63,771 nt of DNA from Octopus bimaculoides. Taxonomy: Eukaryota. The stretch lies in assembly GCF_001194135.2 (NCBI RefSeq), contig NC_068988.1:31501963-31565733 (forward strand). The letters are read 5' to 3'. Shown one piece after another: positions 25,929 through 37,627 of the stretch. Every line of letters starts with the position of its first letter. Within the stretch, counting starts at the first letter, position 1. A program made the translations under genes and the position numbers. A model generated the notes under the pieces. That model was not told the origin of the DNA. It did not search any database and was given only the letters and a program-made list of their open reading frames with translations.

Positions 25929-25974
25929 GACACCTGAAGAAGGCTGGAGGGTATATCAGGCGAAACGTTGTGTT
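25929..25974 (+). ncRNA. Minimal type I hammerhead ribozyme motif (Penelope-type)
   Basis: GACAC CTGAAGA A GGCTGG-loop-TCAGGC GAAA CG TT GTGTT: stem I GACAC/GTGTT, both core motifs, palindromic ACGT in place of stem III. One stem II mismatch in this copy. Confidence 0.72.
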
Positions 25975-27684
25975 AACAACAAACAAAATGAGGACAAATA
26001 TCCGTCAAATGTAAATAATGTAAATGGCCACCTATTGGAAAGTTTTAGCATCGCCCGTTCGGTACGTCAAAAATGCCCTATCTCTTGCACCTTTCGTACA
26101 GGCTGGCTCTCGAGTCATTGCTACGGAAGCTGGATGATTCGCGTGTACTTGAATGCTCGTGACACCTTATGCGGACAACGTTACCGTAATAGTGTTGGGC
26201 ATATACGAAATCGAGGTGATCTGCACTGCCCTAAAGGAGTACGAAGTGGTGACAAGAGTAAAGATTAACCGAGAGAAGTCAGTGGGTCCGCAGATCGACA
26301 GCCGGAGAAGTAAGTCCATGCTGACCGAGAGCGACATAGGAAGGACCGGTTAAATTGCTCGTTGTCTGGTATGGTCCGGACGTCCAGAGGTACAAGAACT
26401 GGGGGAGGTGACGAACAGGGTGGCCAGTCTTACCCACAAACAGGCAGAGAGTAAGCTGCCTCTGAAGGGTCGGGTGCAGGTAGCGAATGTGCAAATCGCT
26501 TCTGTCATCTACTACCGCCTGGCCGTGGTCTCTTGCCTCTGCTTTGTAGCTGATCTAGCTGGAGCGCACACTCTTCCGCTTTCTGTGGAAAGGACGTACT
26601 CTGGTCGACAGACGGCCCATCTATTAGCAGCCGCTGAGTGGAGGGATGGGCATGTTTTGAGGCTGCAACAGCTCCAACGTTTCCTTAACGGTAAGCAGGT
26701 GTGATCGATCTTTGTTAGATTGGATTTTCAGCAGCTCGTCATTGACGGAGCGACAGTCTTGGATCAAGCGTACACTGAGAAAGGGCACTTGGTACTTGGA
26801 GTGTCGGCAAGCGATCACAGCTCTCTGACAGTCAGGCACTACGGTTGGTGGAAGTTCTACATTGGGTTTATAAAGGGTATTAATGGCGGTCAAAAGCGAC
26901 GAGGTATTCGAGGAAACTTTAATCATAAGCAATTAGCTAGTCTTTTCAGGTGTACTTTCAGGGCGGGACCTATGGATAATTTCTAGCAACCTTTAGCTTG
27001 TCACCGTTACCGGGGAGCTTACCTATTCGAGACAAGCTCTACAGTCACGGAAGTGCAGCCAGACGGACCTGTCCGATATGTGCACAGGGCGATAAAACTG
27101 TCCTGGGTACACTCTTCCAGTCCAGGCATTGCTTACTTGTCGAGCTTTGTCGAACAGCAGTTGACGCATGCAGGACGGATCCGGTTATCAGCCAAGTCAC
27201 TTGTGCGGTCGCTCCACTACCTGCTTTTGGCCGAAAGCGAAAGTGACAGTGTGGTGGACGAGGTTCAAAGGATTGAAGATAGATACTTTCCTCTCCGGCC
27301 AGAATCTCATCGATTTGTTTTCAAGTTCAACTTGAAAAGGAAAGTGCGGGTGGAGAGTGAGTGGTGCCCCCTCCCCTGTATTTTAGTTGAAAGTTGGGTG
27401 ACTGTAGCGTAGATGGCCCGTATAAATGGGCATACTCTGAACATATACCCGTATAAGCCGGAGGTGTTGAGAAAAAGAAAGGCACCTGCTGAGATATCCC
27501 TGGCGGTCGGGGTAACCAGTAAGTGTACTTGGGTGGAATTCCCCACTTATGGTGAATTTTATTGCTGAATTTTGTTGTTAATTGTTCTTAATTTATTTTA
27601 TCTACGACTTTTTGTGCTAAGCCCTACTTATACCAACTGTATTGTCCCATTTTGCTGTGTGTTCGTCACTTGTGGCCCATAAAG

Positions 27685-27830
27685 GGAAGCTGGCAGATGC
27701 GTTTGGTCAGTGTTATTTCGTCCGTCTTACATTCTGAGTTCAAATTCCTTACGGGTTCGATCAAATCAGTAACAGTTGAACAGTTGGGTCAATGTAAGTG
27801 ACACAGTCCCTCTCTCGGAAATGTTTCTAT
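27685..27830 (+). mobile_element. SINE family A, deleted copy (an opposite-strand 3' fragment follows to about 27935)
   Basis: GGGAAGCTGGCAGA...TATTTCGTCCGTCTTACATTCTGAGTTCAAATTCC...CAGTAACAGTTGAAC. Confidence 0.7.
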
Positions 27831-27944
27831 TATAGGCACAACACCAGGAATTTTTCGAGGAGGGGCTAGTTAATTACATTAACCCATGTCCTCAGCTGGT
27901 ACTTATTTTATCGATTCCGAAAATATGAGAAGAAATGACGACTT

Positions 27945-27946
<2 letters not shown>

Positions 27947-27995
<49 letters not shown>
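27947..27995. repeat. (TAA)n microsatellite directly upstream of the R4/Dong fragment
   Basis: Directly visible. Confidence 0.95.
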
Positions 27996-27996
<1 letters not shown>

Positions 27997-28000
27997 GTAA

Positions 28001-28208
28001 TAGGGGACCGTATCAGAAGGCACCAAGAAGAATATAAAGGAAATCGGAATAGAGTGCCCAATAGAACTGTTAGAAAAGCTTTGCCTACTTGACACGGCCA
28101 AGATAATCAGGAAAGTATTAGATAGTTGAAAAGAACGGATAGCACGGTACCGTAGGCTGCAAGCAACAAGCCCGTTACGCATGCAAGACCCAGGAGTTCC
28201 AACAATAT
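28001..28208 (+). mobile_element. 3' end of an R4/Dong-like (RLE) non-LTR retrotransposon
   Basis: GTVSEGTKKNIKEIGIECPIELLEKLCLLDTAKIIRKVLDS* (stop 28127-28129) matches the LQKxxLLGTARI(L/I)RKVL C-terminus of R4-clade ORFs. Confidence 0.75.
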
Positions 28209-28308
28209 NNNNNNNNNNNNNNNNNNNNNNNNNNNNNNNNNNNNNNNNNNNNNNNNNNNNNNNNNNNNNNNNNNNNNNNNNNNNNNNNNNNNNNNNNNNN
28301 NNNNNNNN

Positions 28309-28346
28309 TCGACGTCGTAAGCGACGGAGTGCCAACAACAACAACA
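28309..28346 (+). mobile_element. SINE family B 3' end; body presumably inside the gap
   Basis: TCGACGTCGTAAGCGACGGAGTGCC(AAC)n is identical to the end of the 60577 copy; AACAATAT is duplicated at 28201-28208 and 28339-28346. Confidence 0.8.
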
Positions 28347-28619
28347 ACAACAATATCAACGATCTATCGAAAATCAAAATCGAAAAGCATGTCGGACAAA
28401 CAACGACCTAACTGGACTGTTATATGCATTCTGTAACAATCACAAACGTTATAAGATACACATATGGGCTATGGAAGCAAAAACAAACCTGTAAGGGAAA
28501 ATGTGACGGCACACAGACTGGAGAATGTTGTGCACTAATTTATTTTACCTTGGCTAAAAAACCTAAAATTGAAATAGCAAAACTTATAGACAGAATACGC
28601 ATTGAAAATAATACATAAT

Positions 28620-29910
28620 AATGAACCACAAACGAAGGAAAATTACACCGAACCTAATTTTCCAAACATATACCAGCTTACAAAACAGTGCAACAGCTTG
28701 CGACTGCCAGCATACAAGATTTGAAGAAAATGTAGAACAAAGAATGGAACGCGAATAAGAGAATATTGAAAAATATGTACCGAAAATGGCAGGAAAGAAG
28801 AATATTTGAGATAACGGAGCAACAAGTGTGCGATCAAGCTAGACGGATGACAAAGAAAAGTTTGCTAACAGATAGAGAACTCGAAATAATTCAGTGAAGA
28901 ATATCCGAAGATAATGACAATGCAGAAGACCGTGGCAGCGCTATTAAAAAATAGCTGACTGAGACAAATACATCTCCTCATACTGCAGAAGAGATAGAAA
29001 TTAATTTACCCCAGATACCAATGAGAACTTACACAGCCATCACAGATGAGGAGAGAAGTGTTGATTGGTTCGTAGAGATATTTAAGTGGGAACATTTTCG
29101 AAAGATATGTGATTTTAAGAAAGTGAACCGGTAGAAAATCATGCAGCAAACAGGAAAAGTAAACAGGATCTTAAAGCATATCCACACAAACGATATCACT
29201 GAAACTAATAGATGCATGAAGTTAATTAGTACAGTGGATGCAGGATATATGGGAGTTGAAGTGAGATGAGAACTAAGAAATGGGGATAAAAAGAACAAAG
29301 AAATTGCCAATGAACAATGGTGGATAAGTACGATCCTTGGTGTCATATAATAGATGAAGAGTGATGTGTCAGCATGTGACAAAAGAAGGAAAGTCGAATT
29401 GCTGAATCATCACAAGTATGACATGGTGAAACAAATGTACAGCGTTGATTTGAAAAGTTAACCGGTAGCAATCGGAGGATTGAAATAGTGTGTGCAATCC
29501 AAGGGAGCAAAAATCACGCGCTATGATCAGCCAAACAAGTAGTGCAGGCAAAACGGACTCTTCAAAGTAGACCAAAGGAGATTTTATCAGGAAATAACTA
29601 GAGAAAAAGAGAAAGATACATGCTGAGGAAAGGCAGATATTTAGGAAAAAGTTATGGGGGAAAGTAGAAACATAGAACCCTAACGCAGAGAACATAGAAA
29701 GTAGAAACATAGAGAAAGTAGAAACACAGAATGCAACATGAAAGAAACCAATACAAATCTTATGGAAGAAAATATTAAGATAATATAAGAGGATGTTCTG
29801 CGTATCAGAAGGAAGTTGAGCAAGTGGAAACCGGTAGACCCAAATGGAGTTCATGGCTATTGAGTGAAGAAATTTACTTAATGTCACGAAAGGATAGCTG
29901 ACCAATGTCT
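28620..29910 (+). mobile_element. 5' part of an R4/Dong-like ORF, decayed
   Basis: Myb-like MYRKWQERRIFEITEQQVCDQARR...LTDRELEII, then KITRYDQ...QNGLFKVDQRRFYQE, then RT start KWKPVDPNGVHGY*VKKFT*CHERI. Truncated by SINE-C. Confidence 0.75.
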
Positions 29911-29912
29911 AG

Positions 29913-30185
29913 TGAGTGGATTTGGTAGATAGAAACCGAAAGAATCCTGTCACACATATGTGTGCATGTATGTGTGTTTGTGTATGTTTCTGCCCCTACC
30001 ACCCCTTGACAGCCAGTGTTGGTGTATGTGCACCAAAATAACTTAGCGAATCAGCAATAATCACCGATAGAATAAGTACCAGTCTCAAAAACTATAAGAA
30101 CTAGGATCCATATGTTGAACTAAAGTTCTTCAGGGTGTTTCCCCAGCATGGATGCAGTCTAATGACTGAAGCATGGAAAAGATAG
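29913..30185 (+). mobile_element. SINE family C, 5'-truncated
   Basis: GTGAGTGGATTTGGTAGA...CCGATAGAATAAGTACCAG...CCCCAGCATGG...TAATGACTGAA. Confidence 0.8.
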
Positions 30186-30210
30186 AAGAAATAAACGATA
30201 TATATATATA

Positions 30211-30256
<46 letters not shown>

Positions 30257-30875
30257 TGTGTGCGTGTATACACATCGCTATGCATACATACACATCGCTA
30301 TGCATACATACACACATACATGCATGGGTGTGTGTGGGTGTTTGTGTGTGCATGCGTGCGTGTATGTACGGATTAGAGCTGTAACTTGAACGGTGACGAT
30401 TTTAACAGTATTCGACATTTATGAGCGCGTTCTGTGTTTTGGTCATAAATGTCTTATACATAATTGTATTAAATTTCATGACCGTTCACCGTGCAACTAA
30501 TTGCTTTTCGTACTTTTGGATTTATTGCAACAAGAGCCACCGAATTTCTGGATAATACTTTTCCCAAATCACATAGTTGTGGGGTATTTGTTACTGGTGG
30601 CAGAATGGTTACGAAATTACGTGTGATAACAAAGGTATAGGAGTACGTTGTTGCTGTTATTTAATACCACGTAAAGTTTTATAAAAGATTTATAAGGCTA
30701 ACTGAGATGTGGGATTGCAATGAGCTGTTTGTGGTGGCCAAAATCATGATCAACTGAATGCGCAGTGAAACCGTTAACCTGCAGTTAACAAAGTATCTAT
30801 TCTTTTCCTTCTATGTACTTAACTTTATGCATACATAGATATATATATAAATATATGTATATGTATGTGTGTCTA

Positions 30876-30957
<82 letters not shown>

Positions 30958-31296
30958 NNNNNNNNNNNNNNNNNNNNNNNNNNNNNNNNNNNNNNNNNNN
31001 NNNNNNNNNNNNNNNNNNNNNNNNNNNNNNNNNNNNNNNNNNNNNNNNNNNNNNNNNNNNNNNNNNNNNNNNNNNNNNNNNNNNNNNNNNNNNNNNNNNN
31101 NNNNNNNNNNNNNNNNNNNNNNNNNNNNNNNNNNNNNNNNNNNNNNNNNNNNNNNNNNNNNNNNNNNNNNNNNNNNNNNNNNNNNNNNNNNNNNNNNNNN
31201 NNNNNNNNNNNNNNNNNNNNNNNNNNAACAGAGGAAATTGAAGTGAGAAGAAAACAAAAATGTAGAGAAATTGTGTTCTTTTGTGTGTGGTGTGTG

Positions 31297-31333
<37 letters not shown>

Positions 31334-31350
31334 GAGAGAGAGATAGAGAG

Positions 31351-31385
<35 letters not shown>

Positions 31386-33488
31386 ACGGGAGACTGAAAG
31401 GGAAAGAGAGAATAAAATAAAAAGAGGAGAAAATGAGACTAATACCGAGAGATGAAATTAATGAGATGAATTAGTGCCAAGGGAGATAATAAATGGCAGA
31501 CTTAATAAGGACTCTTAAACGTTATTTTTCTACGTATTTTTCTAGACCAATAACTCGATTCAAAGTCGCTTCTTTCGGCTAGCTATCAATTATTTTATGG
31601 ATGACACCACTTGTACACATGATAGCTCCTTTTAATGATTTATCGCTATTGATAGAGTTGCTTGCTTGTTTGGCTGTTTGTCTGATTGTTTCGTTGTAGT
31701 TAAGTTATTTATTTAGTTTTGGTTAGGGTTGGGCATTTTTCTTTCTTTTTCATATTTTTCTTGTCTGTTCCTTTGATATTTGTTGATCCGTATTTTATGA
31801 CATTTTTTTTTCTTTTTATGAGTTTGTTCATTATATATTTTTTTATTGTTTATCTTTGTTCGTCCGTTCGTTTTGTTGTTTCATTCTGTGTTACATCTCC
31901 TATATTTGCCTGTTTTCTTCTTTTTGTTTTTCTCAACCTCTCAACATATAGATTATTTCTTCACTTCGCTATTCTTTTTTATCTTTATCATAGATTTCCC
32001 TGTTGGTGGATCCTTCCTTCTTTTTGAAGTTATTTTACTTTATATATTGCGATACCTTACATGTTTCTTTCTTACTTTCGTAATTTCCTGTTTTTTTACT
32101 TTTGATTCATACATTTTGTACTTCTTGCTTTCTTCATTTCAACCTTGTATTGTTTCAGTATTTGTTTTCTTCTTTGCTAACCTTCTCTTCCGTCATTGCT
32201 TCTTTCATGTATACATTTCATCTACTTTCCAGTCATCGTCTTTCGTTGATTTCAATCTTAATTCTTTCTTTTAATTTTTTTCTACAATTTGTCGGTCTTC
32301 ATTGAATATAAATGCTTACATATTTCGACAGTTTCTTCGTCTTTGAAGCTGTTTTACTTGACTCATTAGAACTCAGAATTTACCTAAAGTAAATCTACAA
32401 AATCTTTGAAAATAAAGCAATTAATCTCGCATTAGACAACGTAGTACTAAATGAAGTAATATGAAGGTGAGCGATGAAATACCTGTGGTGAAAAGATAAC
32501 ATGATAAGTGGTGGCTAGAAGCTAACAAATGCAAAAGCAACAGTACCATTGACAACATTTCTTCTGTATCGTCCAGACAAACGTAAAAATTCATATACAT
32601 TAAATTAATTTCAAATAATGTGCTGGGAAACATATTCTCAATAATAAGCATCACAGGGGTTATCCGACCTGCTAATAACTTCAGCCAAATCTCCCTTAGC
32701 TCCATTAAATCACATTTTAGCGTGTGATAATAAAGAAAGTAAAGTTTGGACAACATTGTCCTAACTAAATTAAAAATGAGTTCAAATGCTTTTGACATCT
32801 TGGTTCAGATCTCACATATCGAAAATAGTTTTCTTGTCTGATCGAGTCCATCTTACTGACGATCGTTGAGGTTTACCACTAGATAAAACATGCATCATAG
32901 AGAGTCACTTTGGGGTCATCTACATTGCAGAAAGCAAATCATGGTATACAAGAGAAAAATGCGATGTTTACGCCATGAATCATTTTCTATTTATAAGTCT
33001 CGTTGAGGTTAAATGTCCTAGGGTTACGTAAAAATAATAGCATTCATTACGACACACTATAATATTACCACGTCATGTACTCTACTCAATAAACGGGATG
33101 GAATCACTGTCAAAGGTTTCGTAAAAGACTTATCGAACAACATTCACCAAAGAGCAGAATTAAATATCGGTGAACAGAACTAAGCAACAATGCAATCTCC
33201 AACAAAAACACCAAGCCATTCATAATAAACAGGATATCATTCACATTTCTGGTTTGATATCTCATAAGCCACTGCACGCAATATAACGCAAATTATTCTG
33301 CGCAAACAGACAACGTGATGAACATTCGAGATAATTTCAGACACAAAACTTTACCAACAAAATCAACAGAAACGATAGCCAATATCAAGAAAACGAACAG
33401 GTAAATATCTACAATAATGTATGGTAAGACAGAAAATATGCATATATATACGTGTGTGTGTGTGTGTGTGCATGCGTGTGTGTGTGCA

Positions 33489-33532
<44 letters not shown>

Positions 33533-33543
33533 TNNNNNNNNNN

Positions 33544-33588
<45 letters not shown>

Positions 33589-33948
33589 TTTATCACATAC
33601 CACTTCTCACATCACCATAACAACTTCGGATTACATACACTTCTTTCAAGCATATGAACTGACGTGCATGAAGCGTAGATGAGTACAAGCGGCAGAATCA
33701 CGTAAAAGTCTGAACACACGAAGATTTTTCCCACACCATCGATGTCGCTAAGGATTCGCAGTTTTGTCTTGATGAGACAGAACCACTATCATATTGAGGT
33801 ATAGGTTATTGCTGTACTTAGTTGTACAAGCTGTAACTAGGCACAACGAGGCAGTAGAGTTCAGTGGCTGTCGTGCGTTAGACAGTATAAATAATTTGTT
33901 TAGAGCACTTTATTTGTATGTTTTTGCTTGCAAAGTATTATCCTTGTT

Positions 33949-34331
33949 GTGGAGGCGCAATGGCCTAGTGGTTAGGGCAGTGGACTCGCGGTCATAGGAT
34001 CGCGGTTTCGTTTCCCAGACCGGGCGTTGTGAGTGTTTATTGAGCGAAAACACCTAAAGCTCCACGAGGCTCCGGCAGGGGATGGTGGTGAACCCTGCTG
34101 TACTCTTTCACCACAACATTCTCTCACTCTTACTTCCTGTTTCTGTTGTGCCTGCAATTCAAAGGGTCAGCATTGTCACCCTGAATATCCCCGAGAACTA
34201 CGTTAAGGGTACACGTGTCTGCGGAGTGTTCAGCCACTTGCACGTTAATTTCACGAGCAGGCTGTTCCGTTGATCAGATCAACTGGAACCCACGACGTCG
34301 TAAGCGACGGAGTGCCAACAACAATAACAAC
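33949..34331 (+). mobile_element. SINE family B, full-length, AAC-rich tail
   Basis: tRNA head GTGGAGGCGCAATGGCCTAGTGG...GGTTTCGTTTCCC; perfect 12-bp TSD ATTATCCTTGTT (33937-33948 and 34332-34343). Confidence 0.93.
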
Positions 34332-35118
34332 ATTATCCTTGTTACATCCATCACAATTTAAAATAAATTGTGCAGCCTACATATGCACACTTGACATCCT
34401 TAAACTAAGCTAATAAAACTGAATAGCTGGTCTCTTCATAAACAACGTCCACAGCATACTTGAAAGAACTATGTGAAACTTCTGTTTGTCGCCAATGAAA
34501 GTAACTAACACAGGCTTACTTATTAGCTCTCTGGTCTTCGCATTTTCCTGCTACCGTGTTCCTGACTCAATTGGAGTACCTTTTTGGAAAATACAAGGAC
34601 CAGGAGTACCGGATGGCCGAAAAAAAATTTTTAAGAAGCTGTGATTTGAATTAGCACAGCATAGAGAACTGTAATCGTGCTGAAGTGCTTTTTTTTTTCA
34701 TTTCTTCTTGTCTTTTCTATCTTTGTGTTTTCTCTTGTCTTCTTTCTGACTGTTTTTTTGATTTTTGCCTTCCGTTTTTTTTTAACTGTTCTGAGAACTT
34801 TTTTTAAAAGCATAGCAAAAGAAAATATCTTGGAATGGGAGATTTCCCACCCAAGGAATGGATTAAACAGCAAGAGGAAAAGACTATGGCGTTGAGAACA
34901 TATTCGAAGGTTCCCGACACCATTGCCGTGTTCTCCATAGAAGTAATAGTAGAGGACACCATCAATTTAAAATGCAGAGCAATCTTCAGCCGCACAAAGA
35001 CATAGAATATAATTAAATTACAACAGATGGATACATTAGTATAATAATACCTAAAATCTCCCAGAGGTTAGGGAGACAGACAGAGAACATCTTGCGTTAG
35101 CCATACCATGGAAGCTAG

Positions 35119-35179
<61 letters not shown>

Positions 35180-35222
35180 ACACACACACACACACACACA
35201 CACNNNNNNNNNNCTATCTATC

Positions 35223-35292
<70 letters not shown>

Positions 35293-35711
35293 AATATGTA
35301 TATACATACAAAACATACATACATATATATCAATGGGAATTTGATTTTAGAAGTTGAAAAATATCACAAACCTATGTGCTTGGCGGTGATACTTCTGTAT
35401 TTCTTTCGACTTGGCGGTTTAATGGCTTAACTCAGTCAATGTTGTCGACTGTGTTTTAGGTAAAGCTACGGTCTCATTAAGTCTGTCGAGAGTTGCCTCT
35501 CTTCGGTATTTCCCATTGATAACGGTTAAAAAGTTAGAAACGCGTCTGGGAATTCCAAAAGTACAGCACAGGACGGTAATGGTGTTTTTACACCATTTTG
35601 CTATAAGGGAAAATTTTTTCTCCTCGTCAACTGCAGTGAATTTGCCTTTAGAAGTTGATATATGTCACAAACTATGTTTTTAACTAACCTAAAGTTCACA
35701 TNNNNNNNNNN

Positions 35712-35743
<32 letters not shown>

Positions 35744-36061
35744 TGCACACACACACACATACATATGAATTGTACAATACTGCTTATTTAAATTAATACT
35801 AGCAATGTTACAGTGACTCAGACACAGTACTAAAGTTAGACATTAGTTGTCGCTTATGAAATGAGTTCTCTACATAGCTTTTCATTAGAATCATAGACGG
35901 CAGGAGCCAACCCATTTCTGACGATGTGTACCCGACGTCTTTCAGTAAATTTAAAACTCAGTTTTATAGTTTGACGAGAGAATTTAACTGTAGAAACATA
36001 CAAAGTGGGCCCTATATTGAGTACTCATCCCCTTGTCACATGAATCGTGTTATATATTCAT

Positions 36062-36325
36062 ATAGACGCAGGGGTGGCTGTGTGGTAAGTAGCTTGTGAG
36101 TGGATTTGGTAGACAGAAACTGAAAGAAGCCCGTCGTATATATGAGTGTTTAGTGTATACGTTTGCATGTGTTTTTTTGTCCCCCCCCCAATATCACTTG
36201 ACAACTGACGCTGGTGAGACCGATACATTATGTACTAGGCTTACAAAGAATAGGTCCTGGGGACGATTTGGTCGACTAAAGGCGGTGCTCCAGTATGGCT
36301 GTAACTAGTAAAAGAATAAAAGATT
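36062..36325 (+). mobile_element. SINE family C with internal deletion
   Basis: Head GGCTGTGTGGTAAGTAGCTTG is joined directly to TGAGTGGATTTGGTAGA; 3' part present. Confidence 0.85.
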
Positions 36326-36961
36326 TTCTATAANNNNNNNNNNNNNNNNNNNNNNNNNNNNNNNNNNNNNNNNNNNNNNNNNNNNNNNNNNNNNNNNNNN
36401 NNNNNNNNNNNNNNNNNNNNNNNNNNNNNNNNNNNNNNNNNNNNNNNNNNNNNNNNNNNNNNNNNNNNNNNNNNNNNNNNNNNNNNNNNNNNNNNNNNNN
36501 NNNNNNNNNNNNNNNNNNNNNNNNNNNNNNNNNNNNNNNNNNNNNNNNNNNNNNNNNNNNNNNNNNNNNNNNNNNNNNNNNNNNNNNNNNNNNNNNNNNN
36601 NNNNNNNNNNNNNNNNNNNNNNNNNNNNNNNNNNNNNNNNNNNNNNNNNNNNNNNNNNNNNNNNNNNNNNNNNNNNNNNNNNNNNNNNNNNNNNNNNNNN
36701 NNNNNNNNNNNNNNNNNNNNNNNNNNNNNNNNNNNNNNNNNNNNNNNNNNNNNNNNNNNNNNNNNNNNNNNNNNNNNNNNNNNNNNNNNNNNNNNNNNNN
36801 NNNNNTATATATATATATATATTGAATTTTTTATTCCTATATATATACACATGTATACATATGTATACATACATATAACACTCCCACACACTACACAAGT
36901 GTATATGTATGCATGTACATACAAATACGTAGAACTCTACATCTCTATTAATACGTATTTC

Positions 36962-37003
<42 letters not shown>

Positions 37004-37380
37004 CGCGTGTGCTTGCGTGTGTGCTTATGTGTGTGTGTGCCTGCGAGTGTGTGTATGCGTGTGTATGTGTATGCGTATATTTCAATCTTTATTTCTTCCT
37101 CTCTGTGGTGCTCTCGTGTTCTTTCGTATTTGTTATTTATTCCACTGAACCGTTTAAAGAATGTCTTCCTGCCTTGGTCACCATCCTCTGACCTTATGAT
37201 GGAAGAAGTGAATATATAATCCCTTCTAATTCCAAGTCATAGTTTCCATCGCCAACCTGCCTACATTATTCTGTGGTAGGTTACCCCATGCCGTTTGACT
37301 GTATGTACATGACTGTTCTTATGTGTCTCTGTGTGAATGCGCATGCTTGTATTTGTTTGTGGTTCAGTACTTCAGTGCAG

Positions 37381-37430
<50 letters not shown>

Positions 37431-37565
37431 CTTTTTGTATGCCCATATGTTTGTGTACACGTGTGTATACATAAGAATGCAGTTTGCATTGATGTATGTG
37501 AGCTTGAACGAATGCTCAATTATCTATAAATAATCCACTACTTTAAAGTTAATCTTCACCACAAT

Positions 37566-37567
<2 letters not shown>

Positions 37568-37627
<60 letters not shown>
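37568..37627. repeat. (CTA)n microsatellite
   Basis: Directly visible. Confidence 0.95.

Larger units (their letters stand above)
25707..26019 (+). mobile_element. Family E: tRNA head + (AAT)n + Penelope-type pLTR with hammerhead ribozyme
   Basis: TSD GTAAATG(C/G)CCAC at 25695-25706 and 26020-26031; removing the insert restores the Tx1 RT frame VKVNGHLL. A second copy lies at 58088-58531. Confidence 0.85.
24950..27690 (+). mobile_element. Tx1/L1-like LINE, 5'-truncated ORF2 pseudogene
   Basis: RT motifs KFRPITL, IIHDNLHL, GGALVNFDQSKAFNRVDHQYF, VKVNGHL..FSIARSVRQKCPIS and PYADNVTVIV. C-terminal Cys motif RTCPICAQGDKTV near 27060, then a T-rich 3'UTR. Interrupted by family E at 25707-26019. 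Confidence 0.85.

Noticed and set aside
31700-32300. Phe/Leu-rich 'membrane protein' ORFs (also 5081-5506 and 29369-29905)
   Set aside because: They arise from T-rich or purine-rich low-complexity DNA or from the antisense strand of the R4-like ORF.
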